From NCBI RefSeq assembly GCF_009914755.1, contig NC_060928.1: a stretch of DNA of 64,000 bases; one strand, 5' to 3'. This document shows positions 1 through 64,000 of this stretch, piece by piece; the first letter of the stretch is position 1; each line of letters starts with the position of its first letter. This DNA comes from the human T2T-CHM13v2.0 reference genome, Homo sapiens. The position numbers and the translations under genes were made by a program. Under the pieces are notes generated by a model that did no database searches, was not told where the DNA came from, and saw only the letters and a program-made list of their open reading frames with translations.

Positions 1-95
1 GTGTGGAAATGGCTGTCAGGATAATATTGATGGAGATGAAATCACATTGCCTTAGACAGGGCTTAGCGCTCTGTTAGCTATCCTGAGATACCCAC

Positions 96-44489
<44,394 letters not shown>

Positions 44490-44800
44490 GTACAGGAGGA
44501 AGAATATGATCTTGCAGGTCTGCACCCACTGAACTCAACTTTCTAATCAACTATATGACATCTCTAGATGTATTAGAAGTCTACAGCTCAAAGAAATAAG
44601 GAAACAAATTACAAGTAGTTGAAATGAAACTAGTTTGACAAGTCTGAACAGAGAAGTTTCAACCCATAGAAGGCCTTGAAGAAAGCCAGAGACAGGATAG
44701 TCCCAACAAGAAAGCAATATTTTTTTAGTATGGACTAATTTTGTTAAAGGAGGAGAAACTGGTTACAAAGATTAGAATGAGAAATACCTTAGGAATGTAC
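44490..44800 (-). promoter_or_regulatory. Inferred 5'UTR and proximal promoter of TMPRSS11A; no CpG island, TSS not resolvable from sequence
   Basis: Non-repetitive sequence directly 5' of the start codon; assigned by position only. Confidence 0.55.
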
Positions 44801-45357
44801 TAGAATTAAGAATTTAAAGAAGATTATGGTAGGTATATAAGTATTTTAAAGAAACTGTCACATAAAAGCTCTAGATAAAAACAAACAGATCTTAAAATCT
44901 AAATACGTAATAAAAATATAACTCAAGAAATATTCCATAAATTCATGTTGAACAGCAGGTATCTTACAGAAGCATAGTGAATTTACTAATACATAATAGT
45001 TTTTTTAAATACCCACTTCTGAGAGTACAGGCAAATAAATTAATATAAAACTATATGTTTCCCCAAATGACTTAATGTGATAAAACATTGACAGACATTT
45101 ATCAGAATGAAAAAAAGAGAAGAAATAAACATTTTCAATTAGACAAACAACATATTAATACATGTTCTTTGTAAAAAATGAGACTAAAACCATGTTTGAC
45201 AATGTCCTACTCTTGGTCCCTTTCCTTCTCCCTCAGAAGCACCTAGTGTTAGGAGAAGGGGTGTTAATGCTTATAATGCATAAAAAACATTTATGCATTT
45301 TAATTTAAAAGTATCACATTGTATACATTATTGTGCAGTTTGGTTGTATTCGTTTAA

Positions 45358-45702
<345 letters not shown>

Positions 45703-45869
45703 CAGATCTCCCTTATTCTTTTTACCAATTGCACGAAGGACGAAAATATTTAGTGTTTAGCCTTGATCATACCTTATAACCAAATGGTACCCATTTAAGG
45801 GGGAACACTACTTTAAATAGAGGTTTTCCAAGTCATTGCTTCTAGCACTTGGAGAAAGCACATTTGAAA

Positions 45870-47620
45870 TCTTTTTACACAGTACAGCAGAGTGCTTTAA
45901 GTGCATAGGCTCTCTAGGAGTGCCAAGGTTCAAATCTCAGAAGTTTCCATGTCTGTAAAATAGGAATAATATTAATTATCATCTTTTAGGGTTTTTGTGA
46001 AACATATATGAGTTAATGCTGTGCATGTAAAATGTTTAAAATAGTGCCTCTTGCAATGGAAGCAAGAAGAAACATCGGCTATTATTATTAGGACTGTATT
46101 TCATTTGCATATGTTTTCTTACCTAATATTTAACAGACAAAACCTTAGTGAAGGTTATTCTAGTGAACTATACAAGGAACACACATAGGAACATTCTTTC
46201 CTTCCTTTTCCTTCCTTTCCCTCTTTTTCCTCCTTTTCTTCTGGCATAGTGCTTCATGGAATAGTGAATAGGGCATGGACTTAGAATGGAATTCTGACTC
46301 TGCTAGTTAATTTGAGCAGATTACTTAAATCCCTTGAGCATAATTTTTCTCCTATTTAGAATGGGTTGATACCATCTATATGCAGGACCTTTGTGAGTGT
46401 TAAATTGCATAATGTATGTGAAACTGTCTAGCAAAATGGCAATAAACAACGGCTTCCATTGTGAGTGGCAGAAGTCCTCATAGACAGAGCTCTAACTTTG
46501 GAGAGAGATATACCAGCCTGCAAATCCTGGCTTTACTCTCTAGCTGCTGGTTGGCATTTTTGTGTCTTAACTTCCTTGTCCGTAAATGGAATGAATAATA
46601 GCTTTCCAGACTATTGTAGGAATTATAGGAAACAGTATATGCAAAATGCCCCTCACACTATCTGGTACAAATAAGAAGGGAATCATGGACTACATTAAGG
46701 TAAAATGATGACTGCTATGAATGTCAGTGTGGCAGAACATAAGAATTTTGTTCAGAATCTCTCTGTGCATCCTAATACAATCTGGCATCTTAGCTTTCTG
46801 TCTATTTCATTGCAGGAGTGTAGAAGACTAAATGTCTGAATATCAGCATAAACTCCAGAATTGGCAGTGGGAGTTTAATAAGCTATAGGCCAACAGGAGG
46901 CAGGCAATATGACATAGCAAACAAGAAACACAACTTTGAAAGAACCAGAACCAAATTTCTGTCTTCTAATAATTATGGATTTGAGTAAATTACCTAACTT
47001 TCTGTACTTAATTTTTCTGCACTAAGAATAGTAATATATGTACAAACTAAATGAGAATAGCTCAATGGTGTTATGCGGAGTAAAAGAATCCAGATTCAAA
47101 AGTTACATATTGCATAATTCCATTCATATGACATTTCTAGAAAAGGCTATACCGGAAAGACAAAAACAAATTAGAGTTTGCCACAGTGTGATGATGGCAA
47201 AGAGGGCCTTTATGACAACGAAATTTTTGGGGAGATGAAATTTTTCTGTATCTTGTGGTGTTGGTTTTAAGACTATATGTGCTTGTCAAAAGTCATAGAA
47301 CTATTCACTAAAAAGGTAAATTTTATTTAATGTAAGTTATACGTCAATAAAATTTACATTCAAAATAGTAAAACAAATGAAATTATAATTATTGCAAATA
47401 AACAGTACTCATCAAAGGCCAGCCATTGCCATCACTACTTTACATGCATTATCTTGTTTAATACTTCACAGCAGCCCTTTGGGGAGGAATTAACCTCATT
47501 TTACAGAAATAAAAACTGAGGCTCACAGATGTGAAATAATTTGACTAGTCTCATATGTCTGTAAATGATAGAGCCAGCATTTCCTTCCAGGTCTCTCTGA
47601 CACAAAAGGCTCTCCCCTTT
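45870..47620. mobile_element. Cluster of MIR remnants plus an L1ME 3' fragment (about 47030-47360)
   Basis: Repeated MIR cores (ctgtaaaataggaataat; cattttacagaaataaaaactgaggctcacaga). Confidence 0.6.
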
Positions 47621-48726
47621 ATCATTTAGAATTACTATGTGAATGGTGCTTGACATAAATCTAGCTCTAAAAAATAATAGTTTTTTTTTTTTTCCCCATC
47701 ACCAGCTGATTATGGAAGTTGGCGGTGGGGGGGAATAGCAGCCCTTGTCTGCTATTTAAGTCTATCTTTTATGCTGTATCCCCTCAAACAACTACAATGT
47801 CCCAATATAACTTCCCTGATGTGATGGGAACAAAGATGTAAACTAGTATGATTGTCAACAATCACATTTTTAGTATGGAGGTAATTATTTTTTGTTTCCC
47901 TTTAGGCATCTACTTGAGTAGCTCTCAGTAATTCATAGTATGTATAAATTACCTGGACTTGTTTATGCCTAAACCTTACTTGTACAGTTGAAATTTATTG
48001 CAGAAAATCTTTCTTAAGATTGTTTTAAATTGTTAATAATGTAAATAGGCATGCTACTGCTCTCCTATTATCTCATATTAATGTGCCATTATAATGAAAA
48101 AATACTACAGTGCATAGGAATTATATCATGAGACAATAGCAACATACTTTCCTTGAGGAAGATGTAAGATAACTTCTCTGATTGAGATTTTTCTTCAACC
48201 GATGTTATTGTCATCCCTGAAAAGGAGAAATTACAAAACTGACACCAGGTAACAAGTAAAGTATTCTCATGTTGTAAATGAAGAAGTGGGAAATAGAACA
48301 TAGATTAGGAGTCATTGCACATAGTAGCTCAGACCCTATTGTGTTATGGTATTTCAGAGAAGCCTAATATGGTAAACATCATGGAATTCCACAGATATTT
48401 GTTCAGTTCTATGATATTCCTATGATGTACTTTAAGATTAAGACAGCAAAACAAACATCATTAAGATCTGCTCCTTACATGTATAACATCAACTCTTTTT
48501 TTCTTCAACTTTTTTTTTTTAATTATACTTTAAGTTTTAGGGTACATGTGCACATTGTGCAGGTTAGTTACATATGTATACATGTGCCATGCTGGTGCGC
48601 TACACCCACTAACTCGTCATCTAGCATTAGGTATATCTCCCAATGCTATCCCTCCCACCTCCCCCCACCCCACCACAGTCTGCAGAGTGTGATATTCCCC
48701 TTCCTGTGTCCATGTGATCTCATTGT

Positions 48727-52578
<3,852 letters not shown>

Positions 52579-52617
52579 TCATTAGTTGATGCAGTTTCTT
52601 CCTAGTCTCGATGGTCT

Positions 52618-53634
52618 TTACATTTTGGCATGATTTTGCAGTGGCTGGTACTGGTTGTTCCTTTCCATGTTTAGCGCTTCCTTCAGGAGCTCTTTTAGGG
52701 CAGGCCTGGTGGTGACAAAATCTCTCAGCATTTGCTTGTCTGTAAAGTATTTTATTTCTCCTTCAATTATGAAGCTTAGTTTGGCTGGATATGAAATTCC
52801 GGGTTAAAAATTCTTTTCTTTAAGAATGTTGAATATTGGCCCCCACTCTCTTCTGGCTTGTAGGGTTTCTGCCGAGAGATCCGCTGTTAGTCTGATGGGC
52901 TTCCCTTTGAAGGTAACCCGACCTTTCTCTCTTGCTGCCCTTAACATTTTTTCCTTCATTTCAACTTTGGTGAATCTGACAATTATGTGTCTTGGAGTTG
53001 CTCTTCTCGAGGAGTATCTTTGTGGCATTCTCTGTATTTCCTGAATCTGAACGTTGGACTGCCTTGCTAGGTTGGGGAAGTTCTCCTGGATAATATCCTG
53101 CAGAGTGTTTTCCAACTTGTTTCCATTCTCCCCATCACTTTCAGTTACACCAATCAGACGTAGATTTGGTCTTTTCACATAGTCCCATATTTCTTGGAGG
53201 CTTTGCTCGTTTCTTTTTATTCTTTTTTCTCTAAACTTCCCTTCTCGCTTCATTTCATTCATTTCATCTTCCATTGCTGACACCCTTTCTTCCAGTTGAT
53301 CGCATCGGCTCCTGAGGCTTCTGCATTCTTCACGTAGTTCTCGAGCCTTGGTTTTCAGCTTCATCAGCTCCTTTAAGCACTTCTCTGTATTGGTTATTCT
53401 AGTTATACATTCTTATAAATTTTTTTCAAAGTTTTCAACTTCTTTGCCTTTGGTTTGAATGTCCTCCCGTAGCTCAGAGTAATTTGATCATCTGAAGCCT
53501 TCTTCTCTCAGCTCGTCAAAGTCATTCTCCATCCAGCTTTGTTCCGTTGCTGGTGAGGAACTGCGTTCCTTTGGAGGAGGAGAGGTGCTCTGCTTTTTAG
53601 AGTTTCCAGTTTTTCTGTTCTGTTTTTTCCCCAT
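52618..53634 (-). pseudogene. L1 ORF1, 338-codon span with three premature stops
   Basis: ATG at 53634, natural TAA at 52618; in-frame stops at 53488-53490, 53413-53415 and 52804-52806. Confidence 0.9.
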
Positions 53635-54088
53635 CTTTGTGGTTTTATCTACTTTTGGTCTTTGATGATGGTGATGTACAGATGGGTTTTTGGTGTGGAT
53701 GTCCTTTCTGTTTGTTAGTTTTCCTTCTAACAGACAGGACCCTCAGCTGCAGGTCTGTTGGAATACCCTGCCTTGTGAGCTGTCAGTGTGCCCCTGCTGG
53801 GGGTGCCTCCCAGTTAGGCTGCTCGGGGGTCAGGGGTCAGGGACCCACTTGAGGAGGCAGTCTGCCCGTTCTCAGATCTCCAGCTGCGTGCTGGGAGAAC
53901 CACTGCTCTCTTCAAAGCTGTCAGACAGGGACATTTAAGTCTGCAGAGGTTACTGCTGTCTTTTTGTTTGTCTGTGCCCTGCCCCCAGAGGTGGAGCCTA
54001 CAGAGGCAGGCAGGCCTCCTTGAGCTGTGGTGGGCTCCACCCAGTTGGAGCTTCCCGGCTGCTTTGTTTACCTAAGCAAGCCTGGGCA

Positions 54089-54304
54089 ATGGTGGGCGCC
54101 CTTCCCCCAGCCTCGCTGCCGCCTTGCAGTTTGATCTCAGACTGCTGTGCTAGCAATCAGGGAGACTCCGTGGGCCTAGGATCCTCCGAGCCAGGTGCGG
54201 GATATAATCTCGTGGTGCACCGTTTTTTAAGCAGGTCAGAAAAGCGCAGTATTCAGGTGGGAGTGACCCGATTTTCCAGGTGCGTCTGTCACCCCTTTCT
54301 TTGA
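54089..54304 (+). CDS. L1 ORF0 (antisense ORF in the 5'UTR), intact, 71 aa
   Basis: MVGALPPASLPPCSLISDCCASNQGDSVG...TRFSRCVCHPFL*, matching the primate L1 ORF0 in length and sequence as I recall it. Expression unknown. Confidence 0.7.
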   Translation: MVGALPPASLPPCSLISDCCASNQGDSVGLGSSEPGAGYNLVVHRFLSRSEKRSIQVGVTRFSRCVCHPFL

Positions 54305-54539
54305 CTCGGAAAGGGAACTCCCTGACCCCTTGCGCTTCCCAAATGAGGCAATGCCTCGCCCTGCTTCGGCTGGCGCATGGTGCACGCACCCACTGACCTG
54401 CGCCCACTGTCTGGCACTCCCTAGTGAGATGAACCCGGTACCTCAGATGGAAATGCAGAAATCACCCGTCTTCTGTGTCGCTCATGCTGGGAGCTGTAGA
54501 CTGGAGCTGTTCCTATTCGGCCATCTTGGCTCCTCCCCA

Positions 54540-57195
<2,656 letters not shown>

Positions 57196-60161
57196 TAAAA
57201 AATAAAATAAAACTTTTTTTCTTCAACTTTTAAGTTCAGGGGTAGATGTGCAAGATATGCAGGTTTGTTTCATAGGTAAACATGTGCGATACTGGTTTGC
57301 TGCACAGAACAACCAATTGCCTAGGTATTAAGCCCAGAATCCATTAGCTATTCTTCCCTCCTCCCATGCCCCACCGTCCAACAGGTCCAAGTGTGTTGTT
57401 TCCCCTTATGTGTGTCCATGTGTTCTCATCATTCAGCTCCCACTTATAAGTGAGAACATGCAGTGTTTGGTTTTGTGTTCCTGCATTAATTTGCTACGAA
57501 TATGGCTTCCAACTCCATCATTGTTCCTGCAAAGGACATGACATTATTCCTTTTTATGGCTGCATAGTATTCCATGGTGTATATGTACCACATTTTCTTT
57601 CTCCACTCTATATTTAATAGGCATTTGGATTGATTCTGTGTCTTTGCTATTGTGAATAGTGCTGCAATGAACATACATGTATGTGTACCTTTGTAATAGA
57701 ATGATTTATATTCCTTTGGGTATATACCCAGTAATGGGATTGATGGGTCAAATTGCATTTCTGCCTCTAGATCTTTGACGAATTGCCACACTGTCTTCCA
57801 CAATGGTTGAATCAATTTACACTCCAACCAACAGTGTAAAAGCATTCCTTTTTCTCTGCAACCTCACCAGTATCTGTTGTTTCTTGACTTTTTAATAACA
57901 GCCATTCTGACTGGCATGAGATGGTATCTCATTGTGGTTTTGATTTGCTTTTCTCTAATGATCACTGATGTTGAGCTTTTTTTCATGTGTTTGTTGGCTG
58001 CATGTATGTCTTCTTTTGAGAATTGTGTTCATGTCCTTTACTCACTTTTTAAGGAGTTGTTTGTTTTTTTCCTTGTACATTTGTTTAAGTTCCTTGTAGA
58101 CTCTGGATATTAGACCTTCGTCAGCTAGATAGATTGCAAAAATTTTCTCCCATTCTGTAGGTTGTCTGTTAGCTCTGATAATAGTTTCTTTTGCTGTACA
58201 GAAGCTCTTTAGTTCAAGTAGATGCTATTTGTCAGTCTTTGCTTTTGTTGCAATCGCTTTTGGCATTTTCATCATGAAATCTTTGCCCGTGCTTATGTCT
58301 TGAATGGTATTGCCTATATTTTTCTTCTAGGATTTTTACAGTTTTGGATCTTCCATTTAAGTCTTTAGTCCATCTTGAGTTAATTTTTGTTTATGGTGTA
58401 AGGAAGGGGTCCAGTTTCAATTTTTTGCATGTGACTAGCCAGTTCTCCCAGCACAATATATTAAGTAGAGAATCCTTTACTCATTGCTGGTTTTTGTTAG
58501 GCTTGTCGAAGATCAGATTGTTGTAGATGTGCAGTCTTATTTCTGAAATCTCTATTCTGTTCCATCAGTCTATGTGTCTATTTTTGTACAAATACCATGC
58601 TGTTTTGGTTACTGTAGCCATCTGGTATAGTTTGAAATCGGGTAACATAATGCCTCCAGCTTTGTTCCTTTTGCTTAGGATTGTCTTGGCTATTTGGGCT
58701 TTTTTTTGTTCCATATGAATTTTAAAATAGTTTTTTTCTATTTCTGTGAGGAATGTCAATGGTAATTTAATGGGAATAGAATTGAATGTATAAATTACTT
58801 TGGGCAGTATGGCCATTTTCACAATATTGATTCTTCCTATCCATGAACATGGATTCTTTCTTTCCCCAAGTTTTTCCGTTTGTTTGTGTCCTCTCCAATT
58901 TCTTTGAGTAGTAGTTTGTAGTTCTCCTTGAAGAGGTCCTTCATTTCCCTTGTTAGCTCTATTCCTAGGTATTTTATTCTTTTTGTAGCAATTGTGAATG
59001 AGAGTACATTCATGATTTGGCTCTCTGATTGCCTGTTGTTGGTGTACAGAGATTTTTGCACATTGATTTTGTGTCCTGAGACTTTGCCGAAGTTGCTTAT
59101 CAGCAGAAGAAGCTTTTGGGCTGAGACAATGGGGTTTTCTAGATACAGGGTCATGTCATCTGCAGACAAAGATAATTTGACTTCCTCTCTTCCTATTTGA
59201 GTATCCTTTATTTCTTTCTCTTGTCTGATTGCCCTGGCCAGAACTTCCAATACTATGTTGAATAGGAGTAGTGAGAGAGGGCATACTTGTCTTGTGCTGG
59301 TTTTCAAAGGGAATCCTTCCAGCTTTTGCCCATTCAGTATGATATTGGCTGTGGGTTTGTCATAAATTGCTGTTATTATTTTGAGGTGTGTTCCTTTTTT
59401 GTCTTTATTTCTGTTTATGTGTTGAATCACATTGATTGATTTGTGCATGTTGAAACTCCCTTGCATCCCGGGGATGAAATGAACTTGATCATGGTGGATA
59501 AACTTTTTGATGTGATACTGGATTCAGTTTGCCAGTATTTTATTGATGATTTTTGTACCTATGTTCATCAGGGATATTGGCCTGAAATTTTCTTTTTTGG
59601 GGTATCAAAAAAAGTGAAGCCTTTGGTATCAGGATGATGCTGGGCTTTTAGAATAGTTTCAGTAGAATTGGTACCAGCTCTTCTTTTTACCTCTGGTGGA
59701 ATTCAGCTGTGAACCTGTCTGGTTCTGGGCTTTTTTTTGGTTGGCAGGCTATTTCTTACTGCCTGAATTTCAGAACTCATTACTAGTCTATTCAGTGACT
59801 CAACTTCTTCCTGATTCAGTCTTAGGAGGGTGTATGTGTCCAGGAATTTATTCATTTCTTCTGGAGTTTGTAGTTTATGTCCATAGAGATATTTATAGTA
59901 TTCTCTGATGGTCATATTTCTAAGGGTCAGTGGTAATATCCCCCTTATCATTTCTGATTGTGTCTATTTGATTATTCTCTCTTTTCTTCTTTATTGGTCT
60001 AGCTAGTGATCTATTTTATTATTTTTTTCAAAAACACAGCCCCTGGACTTACTGATTTTTTTGTGGGTTTTCTTTGTGTCTCTATTGCCTTCAGTTTTGC
60101 TCTGATCTTGGTTATTTCTTATCTTCTGTTAGCTTTGGGATTGTTTGCTCTTGGTTCTCTA

Positions 60162-60469
60162 TTTTTTTTTTTTTTATTGAGATGGAGTCTTACTCTGTCA
60201 CTCAGGCTGGAGTGCAGTGGCACAATCTCTGCTCACTGCAACCTCTGCCTCCCAGGTTAAAGTGATTTTCCTGCCTCAGCCTCCCGAGTAGCTGGAATTA
60301 CAGGTGCATGCCACCAAACACAGCTAAATTTTTTTGTTTTAATTTTTAGTACAGATGGGGTTTCACTGTATTGGTGAAAACATGGTCTCCAACTCCTGAC
60401 CTCAAGTGGTTTGCCTGCCTTGGCCTCCCAAAGTGCAGGGATTACAGGTGTGAGCAAATACACATGGCT
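60162..60469 (-). mobile_element. AluS inside L1
   Basis: TSD ggttctctatt/gattctctatt. Confidence 0.88.
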
Positions 60470-60881
60470 GATTCTCTATTTCTTTTAGTCGTGATGTTAG
60501 GTTGTTGATTTAAGATCTTTCTAGGTTTTTGATGTGGATATTTTAGTGTTATAAATTTCCCTCTTAACACTGCTTTAACTGTGTCCCAGAGATTCTGGTA
60601 TGTTGTGACTTGGTACTCAAAGGTTTCAAAGAACTTCTTGATTTCTGCCTTAATTTCATTATTTATCTAGGAGTCATTCAGGAGCAGATTGTTCAATTTT
60701 CATATAGTTGTGAGGTTTTGAGTGAGTTTCTTAATCTCGAGCTTTCATTTGATTGTGCTGTGGTCTGAGAGACTGTTATGATTTCATTTATTTTTCATTT
60801 GCTGAGGAGTGCTTTACTTCTGATTATGTGATCAATTTTAGTGTAAGTGCCATGTGGTGATTAGATGAATGTATATTCTGG

Positions 60882-60884
<3 letters not shown>

Positions 60885-60934
<50 letters not shown>
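60885..60934. repeat. (TG)n microsatellite, about 25 units
   Basis: Directly visible. Confidence 0.92.
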
Positions 60935-60939
<5 letters not shown>

Positions 60940-62608
60940 TTCTGTAGATATCTATCAGGTTCACTTGACCCAGCGCTGAGTTCAGGTCCTGAATATCTTT
61001 GTTAATTTTCTGTCTCAATTATCTGTCTAATATTGTCAGTGGGGTGATAAACTCTACTATTATTGTGTGGGAGTCTAAGTCTCTTTGTAGGTCTCTAAGG
61101 ATTTGCTTTATGAATCTGGGTGCTCCTATTTTGGGTGCATATATATTTAGGATAGTTAGCTCTTCTTGTTGAATTGAATCCTTTACCATTACGTAATGTC
61201 CTTTGTCTTTTCTGATCTTTGTTGGCTTAAAGTCTGTTTTGTCAGAAACTGGGATTGAAACCCCTGCTTTTTTCTATTTTCCATTTGTTTGGTAAATTTT
61301 CCTTCATCCCTTTATTTTGAGTCTATGTGTGTCTTTGCATGTGAGATGGGTCTCTTGAAGAGAGCATACTGCTTTTTCTTGACTCTATCCAGCTTGCCAT
61401 TCTGTGTCTTTTAAATGGGGCATTTAGCCCGTTTACATTTAAGGTTAATGTTGTTATTTGTGAATTTTATCCTGTCATCATGATGTTAGCTGTTTATTTT
61501 GCAGACTTGTGTATGTGGTTATTTCACAGTGTCACTGGTCTGTGTAGTTCAATGTGTTTTTGTAGTGGCTGGTCATGGTTTTTCCTTTCCATATTTAGTG
61601 CTTTCTTCTGGAGCTTTTGCCAGGAAGGCCTAATGGTGATGAATTCCCTCAATGTTTGCTTGCCTGAAAAGAATTCTACTTCTCCTTCGCTTATGAAGCT
61701 TAGTTTAGCAGGACATGAAATTCTGGGTTGGATTTTTTTTCTTTAATACTGTTGAATATTGGTCTCCAATCTCTCCCGGCTTACAGGGTTTCTGCTCAGA
61801 GGTCCGCCGTTAGTCTGATGGACTTCCCTTTTTAGGTGACCTGGCCTTTCTTTCTGGCTGCACTTAACATTTTTTCTTTCATTTCGACCTTGGTGAATCT
61901 GATGATTGTGTCTTGGGTTGATCTTCTCATCGAATATCTTACTGGGGTTCTCTGGCTTTCCTGAATTTGAATGTTGGCCTGTCCTTCTAGGTTGGGGAAG
62001 TTCTCCTAGATGATATCCTGAAGTATGTTTGCCCACTTGGTTCTGTTCTCCCTGTCTCTTTCAGGTACCCCAATTAGTTGTAGGTTCAGTCCTTTGTTTT
62101 ACATAATCCCTTATTTTTTGCAGTTTTTGTTTGTTTCTTTTCATTCTTTTTTCTCTATTCTTGTCTGCCTGTCTTATCTCAGAAAGCTAGTCTTCAAGCT
62201 CTGAGATTCTTTCCTCAACTTTGTCATTCTGCCACTGAAACTTGTGATTGCATAGTGTAGTTCATGTATTGTGTCCATCAGGTTCATTATGTTCCTTTTT
62301 AAAGTGGCTATTTTTGTTATCACCTCCTGTATTGTTTTATTATTATTCTTAGCTTCTTTGCATTGGGTTAGAACATGCTCCTTTAGCTAAGTGAAGTTGG
62401 TTATTACTCACCTTCTGAAGACTACTTCTGTCAATTTAGCCATCTTAGCCTCAGCCCATTTCTGTGCCCTTGCTGTAGAAGTGTTGTGGTCATCTGGAGG
62501 AGAAGCAGCACTCTGGCTTTTTTAGTTTTCAGCATTTTTGTGTCATATTTTTCTCATCTTTGTGGGCTTATCTACCTTCGATCTTTGAGGTTGCTGACCA
62601 TTAAATAG

Positions 62609-62871
<263 letters not shown>

Positions 62872-64000
62872 TAGTTGCCTTGGTCCCTCCCACACCTGAA
62901 GGTATCACTAGTAAAGGCTGCAAAAGAGCAAAGATTGAAGACTGCTCCTTCCTCTGGCAGCTCCATCCGAGGGGGGCACCAACCTGATGCCAGCTGAATG
63001 CTCCTGTTGGAGGTGTCTGGAGACCCATGTTGGGAGGTCTCACCGAGTCAGGAGGAAATAGATCAGAGACCTGCTTAAAGAAACAGTCTGGCTGCTCCTT
63101 GGCAGAGCAGGTTTGCTGCACTAACTGCCTAGCCTCTCCAGAGCTGGCAGCCTGGAAAGTTGAAGTCAGCTGAACCACAGAGATGGCAGCTGACCTTCCC
63201 CTGGGGCTCCGTTTCAGAGAGACCTCAGAGTTCTGTACATATAAACCTGGCTGGAGTTGCTGAAATTCCCACAGGGAGGCCCCGCACAGTAAGGAGGGAT
63301 GGTTCCCAGTCCCTCTTAAAGAATCTGTCTGGCCACGATCTGCAGGGGAATAGTCCATCTCAGGCAGTCTCCAGCTGGCTGCTGCTGGCCAGCTCGAATT
63401 CCAAGCCAGTGGGTCTTAACTTGTGAGGTGCCGTGGGAGTGGGGCCTGCAGAACCATGCCACTTGGCTCCCTGTATTCACCCCTTCCTAGGGGAATGCAT
63501 GTGTGGATCTCTCACCTTGCCATAATTCCTGGGTATGGAACATGCAAAACTCCTGGATCTCTGTGAGTGCCAGTTAGTGCAGTTAGTTACAAGTATTTAT
63601 TATAAATATGAGATTTATTTACATTAAAAGTTTAGTGTTCAAAACCTGTCTGTTTATATTGCCTACAACTCTGAGAAATGAAATTATGTTGGATATTTTG
63701 GAAAGAATGCTAAGGTAATTCTTTACTCCCTACTCCAACAACCTTGAGATGTTTATTCAGGGTGAGGAAACCTCTCTTCTTCCTTCAACAATTAAATACA
63801 AAGATACATCATTGATTCTAGTCTAATCTGAAGAAAATGTACTGGAATACAATCTGAAAGTGACTTAGTACATGATATTGGGTGTTGCAGAATTCCTGGG
63901 TCATAGAGCATACGTTTGTGTAATTCGACTAAAATGTACTGCTACTACTAGCATTCTGTGAAGGTTCCACATCCTTGCCTACACTCAACTTACTCCCTTG

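Overview
Human-type (primate) genomic DNA, AT-rich and dense in repeats. The minus strand carries coding exons 1-8 of TMPRSS11A (ECRG1/HATL1), a type II transmembrane serine protease of the HAT/DESC subfamily. I traced all splice junctions by hand: they are GT-AG, their phases agree, and they give 952 nt of CDS (961 nt with the second exon-3 donor). The last exons, with the catalytic Ser, lie beyond the left edge of the window. The introns hold Alu, L1, L2, MIR, CR1, hAT and LTR elements, including an intact LTR-int-LTR THE1 and a MER52 solo LTR. Upstream of the gene (48.5-63.6 kb) is a block of about 15 kb of nested L1s on the gene's strand. It includes a full-length L1PA2-type element that is inactivated only by nonsense changes and keeps an intact ORF0. 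I found no new biological system. The most interesting items are splicing features, a coding variant, transposon-borne regulatory potential, repair scars and two weak unexplained exon-like segments. Repeat subfamily names come from recalled consensus sequences and need RepeatMasker/Dfam confirmation.
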